A stretch of DNA of 25,546 nt from Candidatus Hodarchaeota archaeon (GTDB taxonomy: Archaea; Asgardarchaeota; Heimdallarchaeia; Hodarchaeales; Hodarchaeaceae), in assembly GCA_016839785.1 (NCBI GenBank), contig JAEOTQ010000233.1, forward strand, positions 1 through 25,546. Direction: 5' to 3'. The notes below the pieces were generated by a model, which was given only the letters and a program-made list of their open reading frames with translations, was not told the DNA's origin and did no database searches. A program made the position numbers and the translations under genes. Positions 16,753 to 25,546 of the stretch are shown in pieces (the stretch's first letter is position 1; every line of letters starts with the position of its first letter).

Positions 16753-19563
16753 GTGTTTACAATGTCTTTAAACAGAATTAGTAAGATAAGAAGCATAATA
16801 TTAATTCCACTCGTTTCGATAATACTCGCTTTTATAATTGGAATTTTCTTCTTCTCAAACTTAGGATATGATCCTTTTGAATCCTATTATTTAATGATTT
16901 CTGGTGTTATGGAACCCTCTAAGATAGCCGATATACTTTACAATGCTACTCCCCTTATATTTACGGGCCTTTCTGTGGCTGTAGCTTTTAGATCAGGAAT
17001 GTTCAATATAGGAGCAGCAGGACAATTATACTTTGGGGCTTTCCTGACAGCGTTAGTGGGTTTTGGTTTGCCTGATTATCTGAACATACATTTACCATTT
17101 TTCATAATGATCCCACTTCTAATAACAGCAGCTGGAGTAGGTGGAGCATTATGGGCGTTAGTTCCAGCTATTTTAAAAGCTAGGGGAGTACATGAGGTTA
17201 TTACGACGATTATGATGAATAATATAGCATTTGGACTAATGATCTTTCTAGTAGGTTCTCCAGATTCGCCATTCAATGCGGGGGGATCGAATATTACCCC
17301 ACAAAGTCCCCTAATTGCATCAGAGGGATTTATCCCTACTATTTTTCCTGCATCTTTCTCTCTTCTTCATTGGGGGTTTATTATTGGTATTCTCATGAGT
17401 ATTGTTGTCTATATTATCCTATGGAAAACAAAAATTGGATTTGAAGGTCGTGCGGTTGGACATAATCCCACAGGAGCAACATATGGAGGGATAAATGTAC
17501 CAAAAACATACATTAAAATAATGCTAATTTCTGGAGCTCTAGCGGGTTTTGCTGGGGGATTAGAAGTGATGGGGAGATGGCATCGATTTTTAAATGATTT
17601 TATGCCTGGAGCTGGATTTGATGGAATTTCCGTTGCACTTATTGGAGGTAATCATCCGTTTGGTGTAATTTTTGGAGCTATTCTTTTTGGGTGGCTGCAA
17701 ACCTCTGGCCAAATACTTCAAACAATCGGAGTACCTAGAGATATCGCAAATACACTCAAAGGTTTTATCGTCTTTTTGGTGGCCGTTCCACTAATCGCAA
17801 AAACAGTAATTGATCAATTTAATAAATCTAAATTAAGATCACGGTTAACTTCTGAAAATATTGCTTATCAATTGAAGGAAGGTTTAAAGCTAGTCACTAT
17901 CATTCTAGTATCTGTTATACCCTATACAATTTACTTTCTTTTACTATCTCCTGTCGGAAATATTCTAGAACTCGCTGGTTTTTCCCTAAATAATCTTATT
18001 AGAATTATGATCAGTACAACTCTGATAGTATTAGTTATTTTTAGTTATTATTGGCTTAAAAGGAATAATTATAAGCATAAATCTATACACTATACAGTTT
18101 TAATCTCTTGTAGCTTGCTAGGGTTAATCGAATTCATTAATCTAATTGATTTTGTTGGACAAGACCTTATGGTGTTTGGATCTTTTGCTCTTACTGGAAT
18201 AATTATTTTGTATCAAGAATGGATGGTAAGGAAAGCAAAATCCAGAATTGAATTTTCGAATAAGAACACAAGTTTAAATGACTCAGAGGTTCGTGATGTA
18301 CAAACACAAAAGGGTATTCGGATCTATCTTGCTTCATCCATTTATTTTCTGATTTTATTAATTATAATTGGTTTAACAGGTCATTTGTCCCTTCCGTTCT
18401 CCATTAATTTATTTTTATTTACATTGGATAACATAGGAGGAGCTATTGGATTATTTGGAGTTTTATCTTTAATAATTATCCTCTTCATTATCAGGAAAGC
18501 CTCATTACCACCCAATCTTACCCAAGTTACAAACCTCCCCTACGTTCTTTATGGTTTGGTAGGATTATTCTTTATTCAAGCGATTTCATTAATGTTTGTA
18601 ATGGACACATTTTTGCTTGTTATAATGACACTTGAAATCGGAGCACCAATAGGATTAGCCGCTCTTGGAGGTATGTTTTCGGAAAAATCGGGGGTCGTAA
18701 ATATTGGTTTAGAAGGAATGATGCTAACAGGAGCATTTGTAGCAGTCTGGTTCTCGTGGGAGTCACAAAATCCTTGGGTCGGAGTAATAGCAGCCGTTAT
18801 CGCTGGTGGATTAATGGGATTACTTCACGCCCTTGCATCAATAAGATTCAAGGCTGATCAGGTTGTTGTTGGAGTTGCTATTAATATTGTCGCGACTGCA
18901 CTTACCACTTTGGGTATCATAGTTGTTTGGAATCTCACTGGTTGGAGTAAACCTGTGGCTGGACTTTCCAGTATTAAATTGAAATTCTTGAATGATATTC
19001 CTGTAGTTGGTGAATTCTTGTACAACCTTTCAGGAGGGAAATTTGGTCTTTCTCCTTTGATTTATGCATTTATCTTGATAATGATCATTAGTACATGGGT
19101 CATTCAACGTACTGCTTTCGGATTAAGAGTTAGATCGGTTGGAGAACATCCAAGAGCAGCAGATACATTAGGAATTAAGGTAAACAGATTGAGATATATT
19201 TGCGTTATTCTCTCAGGAGTGCTCGCAGGGCTCGGAGGAGCTGCATTAACCGTAGGAACTGGCTCAGGTGTCATATTTCAAAGAGGCATGACAATTGGGA
19301 AAGGCTTTATTGCTCTTGCAGCATTAATTTTTGGTGCTTGGAGCCCCATTGGTGCAGCACTTGCTAGTTTAGTATTCTCTTTTGCTACAGCCTTTAGACT
19401 TCAATTAGACGCATTAGGATATGGATGGATTGTCTGGGGTTTACGAATAGAAAAATTGACACCAATTCTCCCTTATTTGATAACATTAATATCTGTAGCA
19501 ATTGTAGCAAAAAGAATGCGGCCGCCAGCTGCTGATGGAATACCATATGAAAAAGAGGGATAA
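16753..19563 (+). CDS. Fused double nucleoside ABC permease (NupB-like + NupC-like) with a hydrophobic insertion
   Basis: The N-half has FRSGMFNIGAAGQ, HEVITTIMMN and GFDGISVALIG. The C-half has FSEKSGVVNIGLEG, GLRVRSVGEHP.AADTLG, GFIALAALIFG and PPAADGIPY. One continuous 936-aa frame; likely start ATG 16762. Confidence 0.9.
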   Translation: MFTMSLNRISKIRSIILIPLVSIILAFIIGIFFFSNLGYDPFESYYLMISGVMEPSKIADILYNATPLIFTGLSVAVAFRSGMFNIGAAGQLYFGAFLTALVGFGLPDYLNIHLPFFIMIPLLITAAGVGGALWALVPAILKARGVHEVITTIMMNNIAFGLMIFLVGSPDSPFNAGGSNITPQSPLIASEGFIPTIFPASFSLLHWGFIIGILMSIVVYIILWKTKIGFEGRAVGHNPTGATYGGINVPKTYIKIMLISGALAGFAGGLEVMGRWHRFLNDFMPGAGFDGISVALIGGNHPFGVIFGAILFGWLQTSGQILQTIGVPRDIANTLKGFIVFLVAVPLIAKTVIDQFNKSKLRSRLTSENIAYQLKEGLKLVTIILVSVIPYTIYFLLLSPVGNILELAGFSLNNLIRIMISTTLIVLVIFSYYWLKRNNYKHKSIHYTVLISCSLLGLIEFINLIDFVGQDLMVFGSFALTGIIILYQEWMVRKAKSRIEFSNKNTSLNDSEVRDVQTQKGIRIYLASSIYFLILLIIIGLTGHLSLPFSINLFLFTLDNIGGAIGLFGVLSLIIILFIIRKASLPPNLTQVTNLPYVLYGLVGLFFIQAISLMFVMDTFLLVIMTLEIGAPIGLAALGGMFSEKSGVVNIGLEGMMLTGAFVAVWFSWESQNPWVGVIAAVIAGGLMGLLHALASIRFKADQVVVGVAINIVATALTTLGIIVVWNLTGWSKPVAGLSSIKLKFLNDIPVVGEFLYNLSGGKFGLSPLIYAFILIMIISTWVIQRTAFGLRVRSVGEHPRAADTLGIKVNRLRYICVILSGVLAGLGGAALTVGTGSGVIFQRGMTIGKGFIALAALIFGAWSPIGAALASLVFSFATAFRLQLDALGYGWIVWGLRIEKLTPILPYLITLISVAIVAKRMRPPAADGIPYEKEG

Positions 19564-19580
19564 TCCTCCCCTCACCCATC

Positions 19581-20552
19581 TTATCTAGAAAGTAAATTAG
19601 ATAGTGTTTTCGACTTATAGTCATCTGAATTGTATTGTGCTCCGAATCCTTTGCAAATATGTGCCCCTAGTTCAGTACCTGATTTTACCGCCTGATTAAT
19701 AGAAGATCCTGATATATAACTCGCAATAAAACCTGCACAAAATCCGTCTCCTGCCCCTGTAGTATCAACAACAGATACTTTCTTAGCAGCTATGTGCCCC
19801 CTCTCTTCGTTGGAGTAATAATAACAACCCATCTCACCATCTGTTAGAAGCAAAATCTTAATATTTCTAAATTCATTCGAAACAATTTCTAGAAGAGTTT
19901 CCGAGGAACATTGCTCTCTACTTTTATTTGTCAAAACCTCATATTCCTCCAAATTACCAATGAGAATATCCACAAAAGGCAGAACAGCCTGTTTAAGGGT
20001 GCTTTTGTGCTTTTCTACAGTTGTATAGGCTGCTAAGTTAAATATTACTTCAAAGGATGAGTTATCCGTTGCTTTGGACTTTTTCAGAATCTCTTTTACT
20101 GTATTTTTTATTGGAGTATTTTCTATGTTGTAGGCCGATGTATAGAAGAGGTTTCCACCTTGAATTTCCTCTAGCGGAACGTCCTCCATAACCAATTCAT
20201 CCAAACACTTACCATTAATAATGAAAGATCTTTCGCCACCATCTTCAACTACTATTAAAATGCTAGCAGAAGGATTTTTTGTTGAAGTCTTTAGATAACA
20301 TTTGACATTGACTCTTTCTAGATCTTTTTGTAGGAAATATCCTGAAGGATCGTCTGCGGTGACACCTATCATTGATACATCAGTACCAAGTGTCCCAAGC
20401 CAATGGGCAACATTGGCAGCTACACCTCCTCCTTGCATGGATAAATTTGGGGAGGATATACACCCTCCAATTTTAAGAGCATTTAAATCTTTTCTATGAA
20501 TAAAAATATCAACTGAAATGTGGCCTAAACAAAATACACGTCGTACATTCAT
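19581..20552 (-). CDS. PfkB family carbohydrate/nucleoside kinase
   Basis: GGGVAANVA, GERSF, N..E and DTTGAGDGFCAG. Confidence 0.9.
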   Translation of the reverse strand: MNVRRVFCLGHISVDIFIHRKDLNALKIGGCISSPNLSMQGGGVAANVAHWLGTLGTDVSMIGVTADDPSGYFLQKDLERVNVKCYLKTSTKNPSASILIVVEDGGERSFIINGKCLDELVMEDVPLEEIQGGNLFYTSAYNIENTPIKNTVKEILKKSKATDNSSFEVIFNLAAYTTVEKHKSTLKQAVLPFVDILIGNLEEYEVLTNKSREQCSSETLLEIVSNEFRNIKILLLTDGEMGCYYYSNEERGHIAAKKVSVVDTTGAGDGFCAGFIASYISGSSINQAVKSGTELGAHICKGFGAQYNSDDYKSKTLSNLLSR

Positions 20553-20574
20553 CTTAAATCCCTCTAAATTATAT

Positions 20575-21447
20575 TTAGCTTTTTAAATTCAGCATAGGAG
20601 ACCAAAATCTAGATCTATTCTGAGATTTGACCTTATCCATCTGTTCCAGAATTTTTAATCCATTAATCGCTGTTTTTACTACATTAAATTCTGCCTCATG
20701 CTTAGATTCATTTGTGATAAATTCACTTGTAATTCGATTAGCAAAAACTGAACATACCATGCCTGATCTAAAACCAAAGATCTGGGCCAAATTAAAAAGG
20801 GTTGAGGCCTCCATCTCGAAGTTTAATACCTTCACTTGCGTTAGATAATCAATAGCATTCGGATTTTTAACTGGTAAGCCTGGAATATCTCTTCCTTGAG
20901 CCCCGTAAAATCCTGATCCTGATGCAGAGAGGCCAATGTGGTATCTGATATTTTCTTGTTTTGCAGCCTCGCTCAAAGCCAGTATGACTTCCCAATCAGC
21001 TACTGCAGGATAACCTTCAGGAATAAAGTACAAACTGGTGTCTTCAAAGCGAACTGATCCTGTAGATATAACTAAATCCCCAATATTGATATATAATTGC
21101 AGACCCCCACTACTCCCTGCCCTTATTATTGTAGGTGAGTCACAGATTTGCATAATCTCAACCATACAAATTTCAATATTTCCTGGTCCGATACCAGTAC
21201 TCATTATTGAAATATCTGTATTTCCAACTCGACCAGTAATGGTTCGAAACTCTCGAACCTGTGTTTCGAAATATATCTCAGAATATAATTTTTTTGCGAG
21301 ATTTGGTCGGGCAGGATCCCCTACCAATACTATGTTTTCAGCTAACTCTCCTTTGGCTAATCCGATATGGTATTGCCTTCCCTCATTATCTGAAACTATG
21401 TCAGCACCTTTGATATCGCCAGTTTTTTTTTCTACCATGATATTCAC
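20575..21447 (-). CDS. udp: Uridine phosphorylase (NP-I family)
   Basis: YHI, GDP.R, REF, TGIG, R.GSSGG, FY..Q.R and NFEMEAS. Alternative start at ATG 21438. Confidence 0.87.
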   Translation of the reverse strand: MNIMVEKKTGDIKGADIVSDNEGRQYHIGLAKGELAENIVLVGDPARPNLAKKLYSEIYFETQVREFRTITGRVGNTDISIMSTGIGPGNIEICMVEIMQICDSPTIIRAGSSGGLQLYINIGDLVISTGSVRFEDTSLYFIPEGYPAVADWEVILALSEAAKQENIRYHIGLSASGSGFYGAQGRDIPGLPVKNPNAIDYLTQVKVLNFEMEASTLFNLAQIFGFRSGMVCSVFANRITSEFITNESKHEAEFNVVKTAINGLKILEQMDKVKSQNRSRFWSPMLNLKS

Positions 21448-21471
21448 TTCAAATATTAGTTGGGGTGAAGG

Positions 21472-22857
21472 TCAACAATCCTTACCTTTCCCCTTTAACT
21501 CAAGTTCGTGCTTCAACTTTGAAAGCAAACTAAAGTTCTCTGAGTCCGAATCTGATTCTAAATAAAATTTTACTTTAGGTTCCGTTCCTGAAAACCTTAT
21601 GAGTACACTTGAATTATCCTTTAAGAAAATTTTCAATCCATCTGACTTTATTATATTCTTAATATGTTTTGACCACGTTGAGGGTAATTTTTGTAACTGG
21701 TTGTGAATTCCTTGCCTTTCATTATCGTCATAGGTGAATGCCTTCCTAAGTGTTTTTCTTGTTCCATACGCTTTCATAATTGTGGATAATTCTTGCTTTC
21801 CAACGATTTCTATAAGTTTTAAAGCTGGATATAATCCATCGATCCAATTCCCTAACTCTGGAAAGATCAATTTGTTAGGTTCAGCAAGAAAAATGACTCT
21901 TGGATCATTTATATGTTCTCTATTCCTTCCAATCAGACTAGTCTTCACTTCAGCTCCATGTTGTTCTGCTATCACGGTTGCTTCCCTAGTACAATCGCCT
22001 GTGAGGTAAACTATTCCAGATTTAGTCCTAGCATAATCTAAATGATCGAGAAAAAAGTTGATAAGCGTTGTTGCAGGAACTAGATGGCCAGTTTCATCAA
22101 TGATGGCAAATCTATCTCCATCTCCATCATGCGCAATACCAATATCGGCATTTTCTTCAATAACTTTAGTAATTAATCCTTGTAAGTTTTCTACAGTGGG
22201 TTCACTTGGACGTCCTGGAAAAGTATAATCTAAAGTCTGGTTAATTTCAATTATGTTAGAAAAGCCTAATTTATCCAAAGCTAAAGGAGTTACGAGATTT
22301 GGTACATTGTTGGCACAATCAATTACTATTTTCCGATCTGTATTTGTGATCCTAATCTGTTGCATTATTAGAGTAATATAATCATCTATGATGGGATTTG
22401 GATCAGTGAAAGAACCAGTTCCTACTGAATCCCATTTTGAGTAATTTAATGAGTAATAACTTTCTGGAATAGTAGAAGTTCCTATTCGTTCTTCAATTTG
22501 CTTCTCTACTGATTCGCTACATTCCCCTCCCTTCCAGAAAAGTTTAAATCCATTATTTCCCGGTGGGTTATGAGAAGCAGTAATCATTATTCCTAAAGTA
22601 TCCTTAATATCTGACATATATGAGAGAACTGGTGTTGGATTTTGGCCAATATCTATAATATCGCCAGAAACAGCTGAAAAACCACTCATGAAACAAAATT
22701 TAAGGATATCTCCAGTTGCTCTTATATCAGAGGCTATATACACAGGATTATCTTGCCTGAAAGTCTCCCCGACTGCTATTCCTAACTTAAATCCAAAAGC
22801 GGGGGAAATATCGGTATAGGGTCCCCGAACACCAGAACTACCAAACCATTGACCCAT
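21472..22857 (-). CDS. Alpha-D-phosphohexomutase superfamily enzyme, probable phosphopentomutase
   Basis: FGSSGVRG, phosphoserine loop TASHNP, metal loop DGDGDR and IRFSGTEP. Atypical sugar loop AEPNK. Directly upstream of udp. Confidence 0.8.
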   Translation of the reverse strand: MGQWFGSSGVRGPYTDISPAFGFKLGIAVGETFRQDNPVYIASDIRATGDILKFCFMSGFSAVSGDIIDIGQNPTPVLSYMSDIKDTLGIMITASHNPPGNNGFKLFWKGGECSESVEKQIEERIGTSTIPESYYSLNYSKWDSVGTGSFTDPNPIIDDYITLIMQQIRITNTDRKIVIDCANNVPNLVTPLALDKLGFSNIIEINQTLDYTFPGRPSEPTVENLQGLITKVIEENADIGIAHDGDGDRFAIIDETGHLVPATTLINFFLDHLDYARTKSGIVYLTGDCTREATVIAEQHGAEVKTSLIGRNREHINDPRVIFLAEPNKLIFPELGNWIDGLYPALKLIEIVGKQELSTIMKAYGTRKTLRKAFTYDDNERQGIHNQLQKLPSTWSKHIKNIIKSDGLKIFLKDNSSVLIRFSGTEPKVKFYLESDSDSENFSLLSKLKHELELKGKGKDC

Positions 22858-22924
22858 GAAAAAAGTGGAAAAAAAAGCAATATTAATGATTTTTGACTAG
22901 ATACCCAGTATTTTTGACAGGAAC

Positions 22925-24199
22925 TCAGATAATTATTATCGCAGAAAAAACTAGGAACAGGAAAATAACCAGAATCAGTCCACTAATTCCAAAAGACCCT
23001 ATGACAAACCCACCAATCGAAGTACCGACTATAGTTCCAATAGCAATGAGTGCTTGACGGAATGACATAGCTTTACCTAGATTTTCTTTTCCCATGATAT
23101 CCACAATCCAAGCCAATGGAGTAGGAATGAGAGAAGTCATTGTAAAGAGGAGAACTATCAAGAAAGATATGAAACCTATCACCAGAATATCTGTAGAGTT
23201 GAGTCCTTCTATGATCACTGGAAATTGGTTAAATTGAAATATAAAAAAGATATTAATTGTTAATACAGCTGTACTAGCAAATCCAATAATTAAGACAGGC
23301 CGTCTATCCCATTTATCGGATATTCTCCCCCAAAAGATTAGACCTGTAAATGCAGCAATTATCGTTCCAAATCCAATTGTTGCCAAGGGAATCACAGGAA
23401 AATTTACCTTGGAGGGTAATTCCTCAATTACTCTATCAATAATCGGAATTAAAAAGGTACCAAAGGAGACGATAGCTGACAGAGCTAGCCAATGGATGCT
23501 AAGTTTGACTATAGGAGGAGTTAGAAAGAAATTATTCGAAAACTTCGAAGAAAATTTCGATCTAATCATATCAATTGTCCCTTCGAACGAAAAGGGGAGA
23601 TAATCCCCTTCATCGGAAATAGGTAGAATCAATATACCTGCAAATAGTAAGAAGGCCCCAAATACAAAAAAAGATATTTCTTTAACTTCTGTCCAGAGAA
23701 TAAACCCCAAAACTGTCGCACTTATTCCTCCAATGCCTAAGATAATGTTAATATAAGCCATTGACTCTCCAATACGATTTTTTGGGCTATGTTGAACCCA
23801 AAGGGCCATTACAGATCCGATACGTAACGCCGCTCCTATCCCCAGAATACCATTAACAAGAAATAACATTAATGGATTTTGAAATAGAACCAAACCAATA
23901 AATCCGAAACCACTGATAATATTAGCAGAAATGATCAGAAACTTCCGACCATGCAAATCACTAAGTGTACCACAAATTGGGCCTAAGATAAACCAAAATA
24001 CAAAATAAATTGCGAGAATCAAACCGCTAGCAAGACTTTGGCTTTCTAAGTACCCTAGATCATCTAAATACGCTGCTAATAAAATTTGTTGAGCTGTAAA
24101 AGCACCAGTTGCAATTATCTGATAAAAAGCAATTACCATTAAAGTTGGGTTTAAGTATAAATCAAAAATCAACTTTTTGAAGGAATTTTTGTTATCCAT
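22925..24199 (-). CDS. MFS transporter
   Basis: About 12 hydrophobic segments, with motif A copies GTLSDLHGRK and GRISDKWDRR. Confidence 0.88.
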   Translation of the reverse strand: MDNKNSFKKLIFDLYLNPTLMVIAFYQIIATGAFTAQQILLAAYLDDLGYLESQSLASGLILAIYFVFWFILGPICGTLSDLHGRKFLIISANIISGFGFIGLVLFQNPLMLFLVNGILGIGAALRIGSVMALWVQHSPKNRIGESMAYINIILGIGGISATVLGFILWTEVKEISFFVFGAFLLFAGILILPISDEGDYLPFSFEGTIDMIRSKFSSKFSNNFFLTPPIVKLSIHWLALSAIVSFGTFLIPIIDRVIEELPSKVNFPVIPLATIGFGTIIAAFTGLIFWGRISDKWDRRPVLIIGFASTAVLTINIFFIFQFNQFPVIIEGLNSTDILVIGFISFLIVLLFTMTSLIPTPLAWIVDIMGKENLGKAMSFRQALIAIGTIVGTSIGGFVIGSFGISGLILVIFLFLVFSAIIII

Positions 24200-24220
24200 G
24201 AGTAAGCGTACCTCCTAAGA

Positions 24221-25408
24221 TTAAACTTCAAAATAATCTGGGGATTGTGATAGCATTTTTACTCCTGATTCGGTGATTGCATAAGTATCTTCAATGCCTA
24301 AGACTTTTTGTCCTTTTTCAATGAATTTAGGTTCACAGGCGAGAATATTACCTTTTTCTATCTGATTTCCCTTTGCATAGAGGATTGGTAGTTCATCTAA
24401 TTCTAAACCCACTCCATGGCCAAGAAATTTCACTTTATCGCCTCCTTCTCCCATAAAATTATTGAAAATTCCTAGTTCTTCAGCTAAATCCATTGCTTTT
24501 ATGTATACATCCCCAAGATTAATGCCAGGTTTCATTTCATTCATTAATAGCTGTTTCATGTGTTGTAGTGCTTCAATTTGAGATTGAGTCTTCATATCAA
24601 ATCTACCAAGAATAAATGTACGTGTAGTATCAGAGATATAGCCATTGAAATTTCCACATGTATCTACAAAAAACGGATCATTTCCAATCTTTTGTTTCGA
24701 TGGTCCATAAGGATACTTTAAGGATAAACCCCAACCAGAAATTGGAGTAAAATGAATATTGAGCGTTGAAGATGCTCTACCAATTACATATGAGTAATTT
24801 AATAAAGCTGAATTAAAAGCTCGGGTAGTGATGTACCCATGGTGGCCATTGTTGATTAACCATCTGTCTAAGTTTGCTGCTAACTCGATTTCAGTCATTT
24901 CAGGTTTAGCTATCTCTACACAGTACTCAAAAGAACGATCAACCAATTTTGCAGCAGTTTCAATCTGAGAGATTTCGTACTTTGTTTTTACAGCACGGAG
25001 TTCTCTAAGTTTAGTTGTTACATTAACCAAGTTTAATCCTTTGTTTAGAGTTTTAAGAAACTCAACATAGGAATAGGGGAGAAAATCTAATTCAACTCCT
25101 ATTTTAGAGGAGCTATCAATATTTAACTTTTTAAAAATTTGAGATAAACTTCCAAAATTATCAATATTGGAAATAGAAGAGAATTTGGTAGCTAGTTCCA
25201 TATTTCGCTTTACTAAATGTACTGGTTCTCCATCTTGAGGAAAATATACTACTCCCTCCAAGCCTATTCCCGAATAATAATATACTTCAACATTGGAAAA
25301 AATAAGAATTCCTGATAAATCTGAATTGATCAAGTAATTTCTTAATCGAGCATGCCTTCGTTCAATTTCTTCTCTTGGGATACCTGAATAATTCGAATCC
25401 ACGAGCAA
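24221..25408 (-). CDS. M24 family Xaa-Pro peptidase
   Basis: Creatinase-like N-domain, LRAVK..EI, and metal ligands D (VDT), D (SDTTR), H (GHGVG), E (CEP), E (IEDT). Start may be GTG 25402. Confidence 0.9.
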   Translation of the reverse strand: MLVDSNYSGIPREEIERRHARLRNYLINSDLSGILIFSNVEVYYYSGIGLEGVVYFPQDGEPVHLVKRNMELATKFSSISNIDNFGSLSQIFKKLNIDSSSKIGVELDFLPYSYVEFLKTLNKGLNLVNVTTKLRELRAVKTKYEISQIETAAKLVDRSFEYCVEIAKPEMTEIELAANLDRWLINNGHHGYITTRAFNSALLNYSYVIGRASSTLNIHFTPISGWGLSLKYPYGPSKQKIGNDPFFVDTCGNFNGYISDTTRTFILGRFDMKTQSQIEALQHMKQLLMNEMKPGINLGDVYIKAMDLAEELGIFNNFMGEGGDKVKFLGHGVGLELDELPILYAKGNQIEKGNILACEPKFIEKGQKVLGIEDTYAITESGVKMLSQSPDYFEV

Positions 25409-25488
25409 ACCTCATAGGTTACATTGACCATTGCGCTGAAACGTGACTCCAGATATTGAATATGACCAACAATAAAGAATTTTGGAGC

Positions 25489-25546
25489 TTAGAAAGAATC
25501 TAGCTCTTGTAAGGCCTGTTTAACACGCGAATCTAAATCTTCTTCC
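25489..25546 (-). CDS. C-terminal fragment of an upstream gene (truncated by window edge)
   Basis: Reads EEDLDSRVKQALQELDSF-TAA, an amphipathic helix co-oriented with the downstream genes. Too short to identify. Confidence 0.4.
   Translation of the reverse strand, partial: EEDLDSRVKQALQELDSF

Noticed and set aside
629-23603. Short antisense or overlapping ORFs in the track (e.g. 629-919, 2873-3247, 13756-14115, 21038-21565, 21734-22009)
   Set aside because: They overlap well-supported genes on the opposite strand and have no recognisable motifs.
1-25546. CRISPR arrays, IS elements, integrase next to the tRNA, selenocysteine or pyrrolysine read-through
   Set aside because: No regularly spaced repeats, transposase or integrase ORFs, or duplicated tRNA 3' end were seen. 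The genes ending in TGA or TAG that I could assign to families appear complete at their stops.

Overview
AT-rich archaeal window, most consistent with an Asgard (Heimdallarchaeia-like) genome. That assignment is an inference from a Rab-like GTPase without a prenylation tail, a TPGFE-type C-terminal anchor, an archaeal translin and a BHB-intron tRNA. Left to right: the 3' end of A/V-ATPase subunit F, tRNA-Leu(TAG) with a 50-nt non-canonical D-loop intron, a translin/Trax-like RNase, gcvPB-gcvPA, an Ig-fold type-I membrane glycoprotein, a Rab-like GTPase, queD, an unannotated 41-aa membrane peptide, a divergent GcvH/lipoyl carrier, a 97-aa protein, a THUMP-less ThiI, an SDR epimerase, an M1 aminopeptidase and a fucose-isomerase-like protein. 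Then comes a nucleoside uptake/salvage block: a BMP-family ABC transporter with a fused double permease, converging on PfkB kinase, uridine phosphorylase, phosphopentomutase-like, MFS and M24 peptidase genes. I saw no mobile elements or CRISPR arrays. The most notable observations are the tRNA intron with its translin neighbour, a ~26-nt element shared upstream of gcvPA and gcvH, the THUMP-less ThiI/small protein/lipoyl-carrier trio, the fused permease, and structured intergenic DNA. All calls come from motif reading; no searches were run.
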